Positions 8,364-16,521 of a DNA stretch of 37,319 nt are shown here, in pieces (within the stretch, counting starts at the first letter, position 1; each line of letters starts with the position of its first letter). The notes below the pieces were generated by a model that ran no database searches, had not been told where the DNA came from, and saw only the letters and a program-made list of their open reading frames with translations. A program made the translations under genes and the position numbers. This stretch comes from a virus. Its lineage: Duplodnaviria > Caudoviricetes. Where the stretch lies: positions 1-37,319 of IMG/VR virus record IMGVR_UViG_3300046786_000638; one strand, 5' to 3'.

Positions 8364-8828
8364 ATGTCTAACATTATCGTCATTTGCAACAACCAAAAGT
8401 GCCGAGTCGGAAGGTACGAAGTGCAACCGGGCAGAACACCAACGTCAAACACTTCGATACTCGACTATGTTATTTGCCCTCACTGCAACGTCCCTAGAAA
8501 CCCTAAGTTGTGGATAGGGCGTAACGTGGCACAGATGTGCAAGGAGTGTCACAGACCTTTTACTAAAAAGTACAGAGCAAGGTTTGGAATGTGCAACATG
8601 TGCTACACACGGTGGTATAGATTACAAAAAAAGAAGCAGTGTTATGATGCGAACAATGGCAAAAACTTCGACAGTAGTTTCCAAGGAGCTACGAGAAAAA
8701 CTAACGAAGATAGCAGTGAAGCAACTGGAAACGTCCAGCGACTACAAGAAGCCACGCATGGAGGTGATACAGAAGTACCTGCGTTTCTACAACAACCAAG
8801 TACCGAAGAAACTGCGACAACTGTTTAA
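8364..8828 (+). CDS. Multi-Cys Zn-finger protein, 3' part overlapping the portal gene
   Basis: CNNQKC, CPHC, CKEC, CNMC. Confidence 0.6.
   Translation: MSNIIVICNNQKCRVGRYEVQPGRTPTSNTSILDYVICPHCNVPRNPKLWIGRNVAQMCKECHRPFTKKYRARFGMCNMCYTRWYRLQKKKQCYDANNGKNFDSSFQGATRKTNEDSSEATGNVQRLQEATHGGDTEVPAFLQQPSTEETATTV
8622..8658 (+). promoter_or_regulatory. Leaderless promoter of portal
   Basis: TTACAA-N15-TATGAT-N7-ATG. Confidence 0.55.
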
Positions 8829-10647
8829 CATCCCTGTCCCTGCGTTTTCTGGCATGATCGACACGATGCTGTCTGACTTCGACGAGCCTATTACGCTTAT
8901 TTTTAAGCCACAAGACCCGTCAGACTACTTTAAAAGCAAGAAAGTAACCGCAGCGTGGGAAATAGAGAGAAACAGCACACGAGCAGGTGCAAAGTGGGAC
9001 GAAAAAGTGCGATGGGATAAGAAAAACGCCGTATTTTCAGGGCGTGGAATCATTCGCTACGACACACAGAGCGACCCACAGTACTCAAGCAACTTTCGTG
9101 CAGTAAACTACAAGTATTTTCACTGTCAGCCACTTGGAGGAGGACACCTTGAAAACCACTTGTTCGCAGGGGAAGAAAACGTGTTTCGTACAAAAGCAGA
9201 CCTCATCAAAGGAGTGGAGGAGGGTATTTACGACGCAGACGCAGTGGCAACGCTTGTAGACAAAGCAACTGATAGCCAGTACGAAGCACAGATGAGTACA
9301 GCTTTGCGAGAGAAGTTTGCTCAGTTCCAGGCACTCAAACTAGATCCAAGCGCGTACAACTACACCGGAGAAACACAGTACAACCTTGCTGAGTGGGGCC
9401 TAACATACGAAGGAGTCAGATACTACTTGGTGTTTGACCCGTGGACACAAACAGGTATTCGTTGTGAGGTGCTCAAAGATGTGTATTCGTCTGGCTACTG
9501 GCCTTGGATGTCATGGGCAACGCACGAAGACGACGAGAACTTCTGGTCAAAGTCGTATGCAGACGACGTGTACCCTGTCGCGGACAGCATCATGACGATG
9601 GCAAACCAAGAGCTTACGAACCGAGAGAAGCGAAACTTCGGAGCACGAGCGTATGACATGGAAATGTTCCCAGACGTTTCAAAGCTCGACTCCGCGCAGT
9701 ACCGACCAGACCAGCTCGTTCCGGCAGACACAAAGGGCGGAACACGAAGAATAGCCGAAGGTGTGTATCGTTTCGACACACCGGAGCTACAGGGGACTAT
9801 CAACCTCATCAACTGGCTAGATGGGTACTCCACCAAGCAAATTGGCGTTGGAGACGGTACATCTCAAGCGCACAGTAACAAACCTTCTGTTATCTTTGCA
9901 CAGCAACAGAAGATGGCAAAGCGCCTTTCATACAAGTCGTCTCCTTTCAGTGAGTGCTACGCAGAAATAGGTATTCGCTTCGTGCAGGGGTTGAAAGACC
10001 ACATGCCAGCGTCTATGGCAGTGAAAATGCTTGGACAGAACGGTATAGAGTGGGACGAAATCACTCGTATTGACCTCAATACCAAGAGAGACTTCGACAT
10101 TGAGGTGGTTTCTGGTAACGCAAAGAGTAACGAGGACAAACTCAAGAAAGACGCACGAGTGGCTGCCATTACGCAGATCCTTGGCAACGAAGGGCTTATG
10201 AAAGAAGTAAATCCAAAGGTGGTTGTCGAGACAATCTTGAAGGACATCGGAAACTACGACGACGAGCAGATTAAAAACATCATGGACACATCAGACTACG
10301 GAAACAAGGAGTCTACAGCAAAAGCATCTGAGTCAATTCAGATACTCCTCACAGACAAGGAGCCAGAAATATACTACGGGGCAAACACAAAGTTCATGCA
10401 GATTATCCTTGACTACGCGGTAGACAACAGATCTTCTCTTGGACAAGAAAAGTTTGTAAAGTTCAACGAGTACGTGGCAAAACACGCTCAAATTGCACAG
10501 GAAAACATGATGCGTAACGCAAAAATCTCTACTGTAGCACAAAAAGGTCAAACTCCACCACCTGCTCCAACAGCGCCAACTCCTGCCCCTGGGTCTTCTC
10601 CTATTCCTTCTCCTGGAACCGGAGCAAATAACATAATGGTTGCGTAA
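8656..10647 (+). CDS. Portal protein (P22-like)
   Basis: 663 aa, after TerL, helical, DFDIEV motif, Pro-rich tail. Confidence 0.85.
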   Translation: MAKTSTVVSKELREKLTKIAVKQLETSSDYKKPRMEVIQKYLRFYNNQVPKKLRQLFNIPVPAFSGMIDTMLSDFDEPITLIFKPQDPSDYFKSKKVTAAWEIERNSTRAGAKWDEKVRWDKKNAVFSGRGIIRYDTQSDPQYSSNFRAVNYKYFHCQPLGGGHLENHLFAGEENVFRTKADLIKGVEEGIYDADAVATLVDKATDSQYEAQMSTALREKFAQFQALKLDPSAYNYTGETQYNLAEWGLTYEGVRYYLVFDPWTQTGIRCEVLKDVYSSGYWPWMSWATHEDDENFWSKSYADDVYPVADSIMTMANQELTNREKRNFGARAYDMEMFPDVSKLDSAQYRPDQLVPADTKGGTRRIAEGVYRFDTPELQGTINLINWLDGYSTKQIGVGDGTSQAHSNKPSVIFAQQQKMAKRLSYKSSPFSECYAEIGIRFVQGLKDHMPASMAVKMLGQNGIEWDEITRIDLNTKRDFDIEVVSGNAKSNEDKLKKDARVAAITQILGNEGLMKEVNPKVVVETILKDIGNYDDEQIKNIMDTSDYGNKESTAKASESIQILLTDKEPEIYYGANTKFMQIILDYAVDNRSSLGQEKFVKFNEYVAKHAQIAQENMMRNAKISTVAQKGQTPPPAPTAPTPAPGSSPIPSPGTGANNIMVA

Positions 10648-10648
10648 T

Positions 10649-11008
10649 ATGCCCCCAGAAATACAACGAGCGCTTGAAAAACTGAAAAACCACCCTGATA
10701 TTCGTGACGACGAGCATCAGCGTGCCATAGTGTCCGAAATGGAGCGAGACTTGGACGACTTACGCATATCTAAGGAGTTCGCAAACAGTGAAGTGGTGAA
10801 GAAGCAGATTGCCATGTTTTTGGGCAAAATTGACTCAATAAACGTGCGTTTGATGACTGAGCGCGCAATGACACAAGAAGAACGCGCAAAACTTTTCAAC
10901 GACAAAGATATGCTGTCGGTGTACATCAGGATGAACTCTTTGGAAGAAATTGAAGCAAAAGAAGAGTCATTGAAGGAAGAAATACTGCGAGAAGCAGAAG
11001 GTTTGTAG
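10649..11008 (+). CDS. Small head-morphogenesis-region protein
   Basis: Helical ORF between portal and scaffold. Confidence 0.7.
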   Translation: MPPEIQRALEKLKNHPDIRDDEHQRAIVSEMERDLDDLRISKEFANSEVVKKQIAMFLGKIDSINVRLMTERAMTQEERAKLFNDKDMLSVYIRMNSLEEIEAKEESLKEEILREAEGL

Positions 11009-11017
11009 TGGAACGTG

Positions 11018-11053
11018 TTACAAAAAAACAACACTTGCTACCATAATCACATG
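11018..11053 (+). promoter_or_regulatory. Leaderless promoter
   Basis: TTACAA-N15-TACCAT-N6-ATG. Confidence 0.55.
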
Positions 11054-11260
11054 GAAGACAAATACAAAGGTTCGAGAATAGTCATCAGGTCGCCTAAGTC
11101 AAGGTTTGTACCTGGTGCGTCTGATGACAAACCAAGATCACTTCCAAAAAAGGCACCTGTAAAGTTTGCCCCAAAGAAGGATGCAACGGCAGGGATGGAC
11201 GACATTGTTCCAACCCCGTCACCAAACACTTATTCGAGAATCCCTAAAGGGAAGAAATAA
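11051..11260 (+). CDS. Small basic hypothetical protein
   Basis: MEDKYKGSRIV..., ATG at the predicted transcript start. Confidence 0.6.
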   Translation: MEDKYKGSRIVIRSPKSRFVPGASDDKPRSLPKKAPVKFAPKKDATAGMDDIVPTPSPNTYSRIPKGKK

Positions 11261-11270
11261 TTTTATATTT

Positions 11271-11672
11271 ATGGCAAAAGCAAAACCAGCAGTAGTGGAA
11301 GAAGAAGTAGTAGAAAGCCCAGTAGTTGAAGAAGCTACTGTCGCGGAAGAAACACCTGTTGTTGAAGAAACAGCAACAGAAGAAGTAACAACTAAGAAGG
11401 GAAAGAAGGTTGTATACCCAGAAATAATCACTTTTGAGCTACACCACCCAGTAATGGAGTTTGACCAAGACCCAGAAATTGATCATCCACTCAAGAAAGA
11501 CATCATCGACACACTTCACAAGAAGAAAGATGAAAATGGTGACGTTGTAATGCAAACACGCTCGTTCAGCGCTAATGTACACGGTGAAAACTATGTAGAA
11601 ATCGCTCGTGAGTTCCTTGCAACAAACAGTGGTGCAAAGCAGGTTATTAAAAGTCACAACTTCCCACTTTAA
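11271..11672 (+). CDS. Hypothetical protein with acidic PVVEE repeats
   Basis: MAKAKPAVVEEEVVESPVVEE... Confidence 0.75.
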   Translation: MAKAKPAVVEEEVVESPVVEEATVAEETPVVEETATEEVTTKKGKKVVYPEIITFELHHPVMEFDQDPEIDHPLKKDIIDTLHKKKDENGDVVMQTRSFSANVHGENYVEIAREFLATNSGAKQVIKSHNFPL

Positions 11673-11760
11673 GTAGGAAATTGTGTGGTGAGTATAGTTT
11701 TGTGTCATCTATAAACACTATTTGCGGAATAGTCCCCGCACGTATAAATAAGACAAAACA

Positions 11761-12648
11761 ATGACCCCAGATGAAAAACTTATTGCCGATATGGCAAAAG
11801 AAGCAGAGTCCCTAGGTATTGATCTCCCGAAGGACAAAGCTGAGGAACAAGAGGAAACCACACCTGAAACTCCTAAAAAAGAAGAAAAAGTGGACGAGGA
11901 AGAACCAAAAGGCGACGAAAAAGAAGATGAACCTGAGTCACCAAAAAGTGACGACGAAGAAGAGTCTGAAAAAGAAGAGTCTAAGGAGAAACCTCACAAA
12001 TCCAAAGTAGTACCCTACGAGTCTCACAGAGCACTCAAGCAAAAGTACAACGAAATGAAGCAGAAGTTGGCAGAAGCTACAACCCAAAAGGAAGTAGACT
12101 CCATCACTGACGAAATCGAGGCTATTGCGAAAGAAGCGAACGCAGACCCGAAGGTTATCCAAAAAATTGTAGACCTAGCACGGAAAGGAAAAGAGTCAAA
12201 GGTGGAGGAAGGTGAAGAACCTGACGAAGAAGCCGATGATGAGGACGACACAGACACACAGGTAGTCATTGACCCAAAAGCCGAAGCTGAATACTTCGAC
12301 AAAGAGTGGTCGGAAGTCCTACCAAGTCTCAAAGAAAAGTACCCTGACGCAAGTGAATCTCAGCTCAAAGAAGCCAAGAAACTCATTGATAAGGATTCGC
12401 ACACTCTCGCAAATAAGGACAAGGAAATCGACTATGTAGTGTGGAAAAACACTAAGGCACTCGATACTCTCCTTGCTTCCCCAAAAAAGAGAGGACTAGA
12501 GGCAAGAACACCGGGAGCTATACGACAGGAACAGAACGGAACAATCAAGTCTTTTGATGAAATGTCTGGTGACGACATTCGTAAACTAGACGCTAGTCTG
12601 AAAGAAATTGAAATGTCCGAAAGTTCAATGAAACTACACAAAAGATAG
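11761..12648 (+). CDS. Capsid scaffolding protein
   Basis: Very acidic and disordered, VPYE...coiled coil, upstream of the capsid gene. Confidence 0.8.
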   Translation: MTPDEKLIADMAKEAESLGIDLPKDKAEEQEETTPETPKKEEKVDEEEPKGDEKEDEPESPKSDDEEESEKEESKEKPHKSKVVPYESHRALKQKYNEMKQKLAEATTQKEVDSITDEIEAIAKEANADPKVIQKIVDLARKGKESKVEEGEEPDEEADDEDDTDTQVVIDPKAEAEYFDKEWSEVLPSLKEKYPDASESQLKEAKKLIDKDSHTLANKDKEIDYVVWKNTKALDTLLASPKKRGLEARTPGAIRQEQNGTIKSFDEMSGDDIRKLDASLKEIEMSESSMKLHKR

Positions 12649-12663
12649 AACTACTATAATCTT

Positions 12664-13164
12664 ATGTCTGCAAAAAAAGGTTCTGTGCCTTGGAATAAAG
12701 GTAAAAAACTAACAACAGAGCATAAGAGAGCACTGAGTGTTTCACACATAGGAAAGAAGCCGTGGCTTGGTAAAAAACATACCAAAGAATCAAAAGAAAA
12801 GAACTCATTATCTAACAAGGGTCGTATTGCTTGGAATCGTACATACTCTGACCCAGCAGAATCAAAAAGGTTCAGAAGTTGGTGCAAGAATAAGAGAAAC
12901 CGAACAAAGAGACTTCTTGTTAGAGACGGAAAATCTCACACTTTTGCAGAATGGGAACTATTAAAAAAACAGTATGGTAACACCTGTCCTTGCTGTATGA
13001 AAAGTGAGCCGGTTATTAAGCTAACCAAAGACCACATCATACCAATAATTAAGGGTGGTACTGACTGCATAGAAAATATACAACCATTATGCCAACCGTG
13101 TAATTCTATGAAACACACAAAAATTATTAAGTTTAATATAATTCCCTACAAAACGAAGAAGTAA
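12664..13164 (+). CDS. HNH homing endonuclease with NUMOD3-like repeats
   Basis: PWNKGKK and GKKHTKESKEK. CPCC...DHIIP...GG...NIQPLCQPCNSMK. Confidence 0.92.
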   Translation: MSAKKGSVPWNKGKKLTTEHKRALSVSHIGKKPWLGKKHTKESKEKNSLSNKGRIAWNRTYSDPAESKRFRSWCKNKRNRTKRLLVRDGKSHTFAEWELLKKQYGNTCPCCMKSEPVIKLTKDHIIPIIKGGTDCIENIQPLCQPCNSMKHTKIIKFNIIPYKTKK

Positions 13165-13188
13165 CATTCGAGTAAAGTAGGCATAACC

Positions 13189-14487
13189 GTGGCAGCATCC
13201 CCAAACACAATGGATTTGCAGGAAGTGTGGAGTTTGGAGTACCAAATCACGCACTACAAGCAACCTGTCTACCGTGCTTTCGCTGAGTTCTCTCTTGAGG
13301 CAAAGCTTAAGAAAGGTCAGACTGTTCACCGCACATACGCTTCCGACTTCGTTGTAAACGATCTCGGTGGTGACGGTGCATACTCAACACAAGCTGTTTC
13401 TGACACTGATGAAACACTCACTGTCTCAACAAAGAAGGAAGTTTCTTTCTACCTCACTGATGTAGAAGAACTCCAGGCACAGCTCCCTGTTCGTATCAAG
13501 TACGCACGAAAGGCAATGAACCGCCTTTTCCTACAGATTGACGGTGACGTTCTTTCTGCAGCGTACCAAGCAGCAGGTTCTACTATTGATGATGGTTCTA
13601 TTGGAGGTACAACTGGAAACAGCATTGTAGCGACAGTAGCAAATGTTCAAAACATCTTCATCAACGCTTTGCAAGCTCTACAGCTTCAAAACATCATCTT
13701 CGATCCAGCGGCTCAGTTCACTGGCGAAGTAAAGCAGGATCGTATATCTACGATGCCAATTGCAGTCGTTTCACCACAGCTTTACGGAGTTCTTTTGAAC
13801 TACGTTGGCGGTAAAAACTCTGCGTTTGGAGATCGTGTAGCAATGAACGGCCACCTTGGTCAGTTCATGGGGTTCAACTTGTTCTCAAGTAACAACTCAC
13901 CATACTCTGCACAGCTCCAAATCCCTACAAACCCTACTGATGGTGACACAATCGCTATCAACGGTGTAACACTTACATTCAAGACAACAGTGGACGCAGG
14001 TGTTACTGCAGGACAGGTGAAGATTGCCTCAACAGCAGCCCTCACAGCTACAAACCTCGCAGCGTTCTTGAACGCTCCTGGAACAACAGTAGCAGACTCT
14101 ACAAACGCAGGTTACAACGCTGTTTCTACAGCAAACCAGGCTCTTTTGAAGAACTTGGTTGCCTCAGTTGCAAGCTCTACAAACATCAACATTAAGATGG
14201 CCGGACGTGGTTCGGTTGTCGTATCGTCAGTGTTTACATCAGCAAACAACTCATGGCCTGTAACACTACAGACACAGCACCTCATCTTCGGTGTGAATAA
14301 CAGCATTTCTATTGTTATTCAGAAAACTCCGAACATGATCATCAACCCTGTCTCTGGCAAGGTTGGAAAGGATATCGTTACGTGGACACTCTACGGTATC
14401 AAGGTGTTCAAGGATCAGGTTCCTATGCTTGTTGACGTACAAATCAACACAAACGGATTTACAAGTCCAGCAAACATCTTCTACTAA
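13189..14487 (+). CDS. Major capsid protein (P22 gp5-like) with inserted domain
   Basis: After scaffold. KKGQTVH, GQFMGFNLFSSNN and terminal LYGIKVF motifs. GTG start. Confidence 0.88.
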   Translation: MAASPNTMDLQEVWSLEYQITHYKQPVYRAFAEFSLEAKLKKGQTVHRTYASDFVVNDLGGDGAYSTQAVSDTDETLTVSTKKEVSFYLTDVEELQAQLPVRIKYARKAMNRLFLQIDGDVLSAAYQAAGSTIDDGSIGGTTGNSIVATVANVQNIFINALQALQLQNIIFDPAAQFTGEVKQDRISTMPIAVVSPQLYGVLLNYVGGKNSAFGDRVAMNGHLGQFMGFNLFSSNNSPYSAQLQIPTNPTDGDTIAINGVTLTFKTTVDAGVTAGQVKIASTAALTATNLAAFLNAPGTTVADSTNAGYNAVSTANQALLKNLVASVASSTNINIKMAGRGSVVVSSVFTSANNSWPVTLQTQHLIFGVNNSISIVIQKTPNMIINPVSGKVGKDIVTWTLYGIKVFKDQVPMLVDVQINTNGFTSPANIFY

Positions 14488-14505
14488 TCCACTCATCTAC
14501 CCTCT

Positions 14506-15162
14506 ATGAAAACTTCATCAAAGATTATCTTGGGAGTTATAGGAGCGGTACTAGTAGCTATCGGTCTTGTAACATTCAACAGTTCACACTCAGTAAACCT
14601 TGGGGGGACAGTCGAAAACTTCCCGTCATGGTTTAACAACGGCCTTAGAGTTGGAAGGGGAACCGGAGCAGGTTACTTCGTCGGAGGAAACTCTGGTGAT
14701 ACAACATTTGGAATTGCTACCACCACAAATGGTACAAACCCAATCTTCTCTCTTTCTTCAACCGGTGCGCTTACCGTAAAGGGAGCGTTTACTCAGGGTG
14801 GAGGTGTTGGAACAGTTGCCACAACGTCAACAACGTACACACTCGCTTCAACCGACTTCGATACTGAAAACATCGTCTCGGTTACGCCAGGTGGAGCATC
14901 ACTCACGCTTACTCTTCCAGCTTCATCTACGTTCCCACTTGGAACAACAGTAGGAAGTGAACGAGAGATATTCGTGGTCAATGCTACTACTACATCTGGA
15001 ATTAACATTACGATGGCGACTACAACAGGAGTATTCCTACGCACGTCATCGTCAACAGCTATCATCCAGTCTGATACAGCAGGAGCAAAGGGTGCAGTCC
15101 TTCGCGCAGTTCGCAAGGCAAACTCTGACATCTTGGTGTACATGACATCGTTCAACAACTAG
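14506..15162 (+). CDS. Thr/Ser-rich protein with N-terminal signal or anchor (decoration-protein position)
   Basis: MKTSSKIILGVIGAVLVAIGLV, beta-rich body, five A-[ST]3 motifs. Confidence 0.75.
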   Translation: MKTSSKIILGVIGAVLVAIGLVTFNSSHSVNLGGTVENFPSWFNNGLRVGRGTGAGYFVGGNSGDTTFGIATTTNGTNPIFSLSSTGALTVKGAFTQGGGVGTVATTSTTYTLASTDFDTENIVSVTPGGASLTLTLPASSTFPLGTTVGSEREIFVVNATTTSGINITMATTTGVFLRTSSSTAIIQSDTAGAKGAVLRAVRKANSDILVYMTSFNN

Positions 15163-15208
15163 TGTCTACTCTATACCCCACGTGTGTGGGGTATAGGACT
15201 AGGTACTA
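15160..15208 (+). terminator. Long hairpin after the capsid genes (terminator or mRNA-stabilising stem)
   Basis: CTATACCCCAC-GTGT-GTGGGGTATAG (15171-15196) with an extended lower stem. No U tract. Confidence 0.6.
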
Positions 15209-15230
15209 AATACCTAAAATCATTCTTATT

Positions 15231-15626
15231 ATGACACCACTAAAAAAAGCACTACTCGCACTAACAGCTATATATCTAGCGATTTTCAGTTTCTACGCGT
15301 TTACACATCAGCAAAGCGTAAATCCTTCTCTTGGCGAAGGTTCAACTATCAACAACTACTACGGCATTCCAACAAACGCAAGTAGCACAATCGGTACAAC
15401 GTCTGCACTTATCAGTGCTACAAGCACTGCCAGAACTTACTACATGGTCACAAACAAGACAGGTGGTACGCTCACCGTCAGCGTTGGTGTTCCTGCGGTT
15501 ACAAACAAGGGAGTTGTTCTCGCTGATGGAGCAAGCTGGACAATGAACACAAGCAAGATTTTTACTGCCGCAATTTACGGTATTTCTACAGCAACAGGTT
15601 CAGTCTCAATACTAGAAGCAAAGTAG
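15231..15626 (+). CDS. Thr/Ser-rich protein with N-terminal signal or anchor
   Basis: MTPLKKALLALTAIYLAIFSFYAF, with a beta-sandwich-like C-terminus. Confidence 0.75.
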   Translation: MTPLKKALLALTAIYLAIFSFYAFTHQQSVNPSLGEGSTINNYYGIPTNASSTIGTTSALISATSTARTYYMVTNKTGGTLTVSVGVPAVTNKGVVLADGASWTMNTSKIFTAAIYGISTATGSVSILEAK

Positions 15627-15627
15627 C

Positions 15628-16518
15628 ATGTACCCTATTCTACCTGGACAATCATTTACGATAGTACGACAACTAGGACTTCCTGGTGATACTGCGACGT
15701 ATTATGTACAGGCAGTAGTAAAAAACTCTGTTACTGGTGCTGTTATTGCTACTGTAAACCTCTCAGGGAACTCAGCACAGCGGTATACTGGCACATTTCA
15801 AGCACCTGCTGATAAAACAGGGCTTGGTACCAATATTGACATCACCACGTCTGTGTACACAGACAGTGGGTATACAACTCCTTCACAGCTCTACTCGATA
15901 GAAAACACCACATACGTAGTGCGAGATACCTCAAGGTGGGGTAACGGTGGAGGAGGACTCGGTGGTGGATCTACCTCATACAGCCCTGATGTAGACTACG
16001 AAAAAATAAGAAAAATGATTTTGGAAGCTGTAGCGTCGATTGTTTTCCCAGTGTTCCCAGAGATGCCAGAGCACAAGGAGACTGACTTATCAGGTGTTAT
16101 GTCAAAGATTGAGTCACTTGAGAGCGCAATACAAGGCAAGGACTTGTCTCCAATTCACGAAAAAGTATCTGCTCTGCATACGTTTGTTCAAGAAAAACTT
16201 GAGCAAATAGTTGAAACGATACACAGCAAGCCAGAGTTCAAAGAAACAGACTTGTCACCTATTCTTGATGCAGTGGAAGACTACTTTGAAGACCACAAAG
16301 AAATGCTTAAAGGTAGCGTTTCTTCTCTACGTGAAGACCTCATGTCGAAGCTAGAGGACTTGGACAACCTCGACACGTCGCTTGAGGAGTTGCTTACAAA
16401 GACACAGGAACACCTTAAACGAAAGAGGGTTAGACTATCTGAAACAAAAGAGGCACAAGCAGAACCAGAGAAGGACATTTTTGAAATTATTAGGAGCATT
16501 TACCCAAAGAAAAAGTAG
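15628..16518 (+). CDS. Hypothetical structural-region protein
   Basis: Beta-rich N-domain, Gly linker, helical C-terminus with repeated (ET)DLSP/G. Confidence 0.75.
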   Translation: MYPILPGQSFTIVRQLGLPGDTATYYVQAVVKNSVTGAVIATVNLSGNSAQRYTGTFQAPADKTGLGTNIDITTSVYTDSGYTTPSQLYSIENTTYVVRDTSRWGNGGGGLGGGSTSYSPDVDYEKIRKMILEAVASIVFPVFPEMPEHKETDLSGVMSKIESLESAIQGKDLSPIHEKVSALHTFVQEKLEQIVETIHSKPEFKETDLSPILDAVEDYFEDHKEMLKGSVSSLREDLMSKLEDLDNLDTSLEELLTKTQEHLKRKRVRLSETKEAQAEPEKDIFEIIRSIYPKKK

Positions 16519-16521
16519 ATC

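Noticed and set aside
8584-8655. Longer N-termini from the ORF track (portal 8584; also 3271, 11166, 18974, 19782, 23782, 31561, 32359)
   Set aside because: They overlap upstream genes or promoters. Downstream ATGs fit gene packing and the leaderless pattern better.
12664-13164. Group I intron around the HNH gene
   Set aside because: Flanking genes appear complete, and the flanks (15 and 24 nt) are too short for a ribozyme core.
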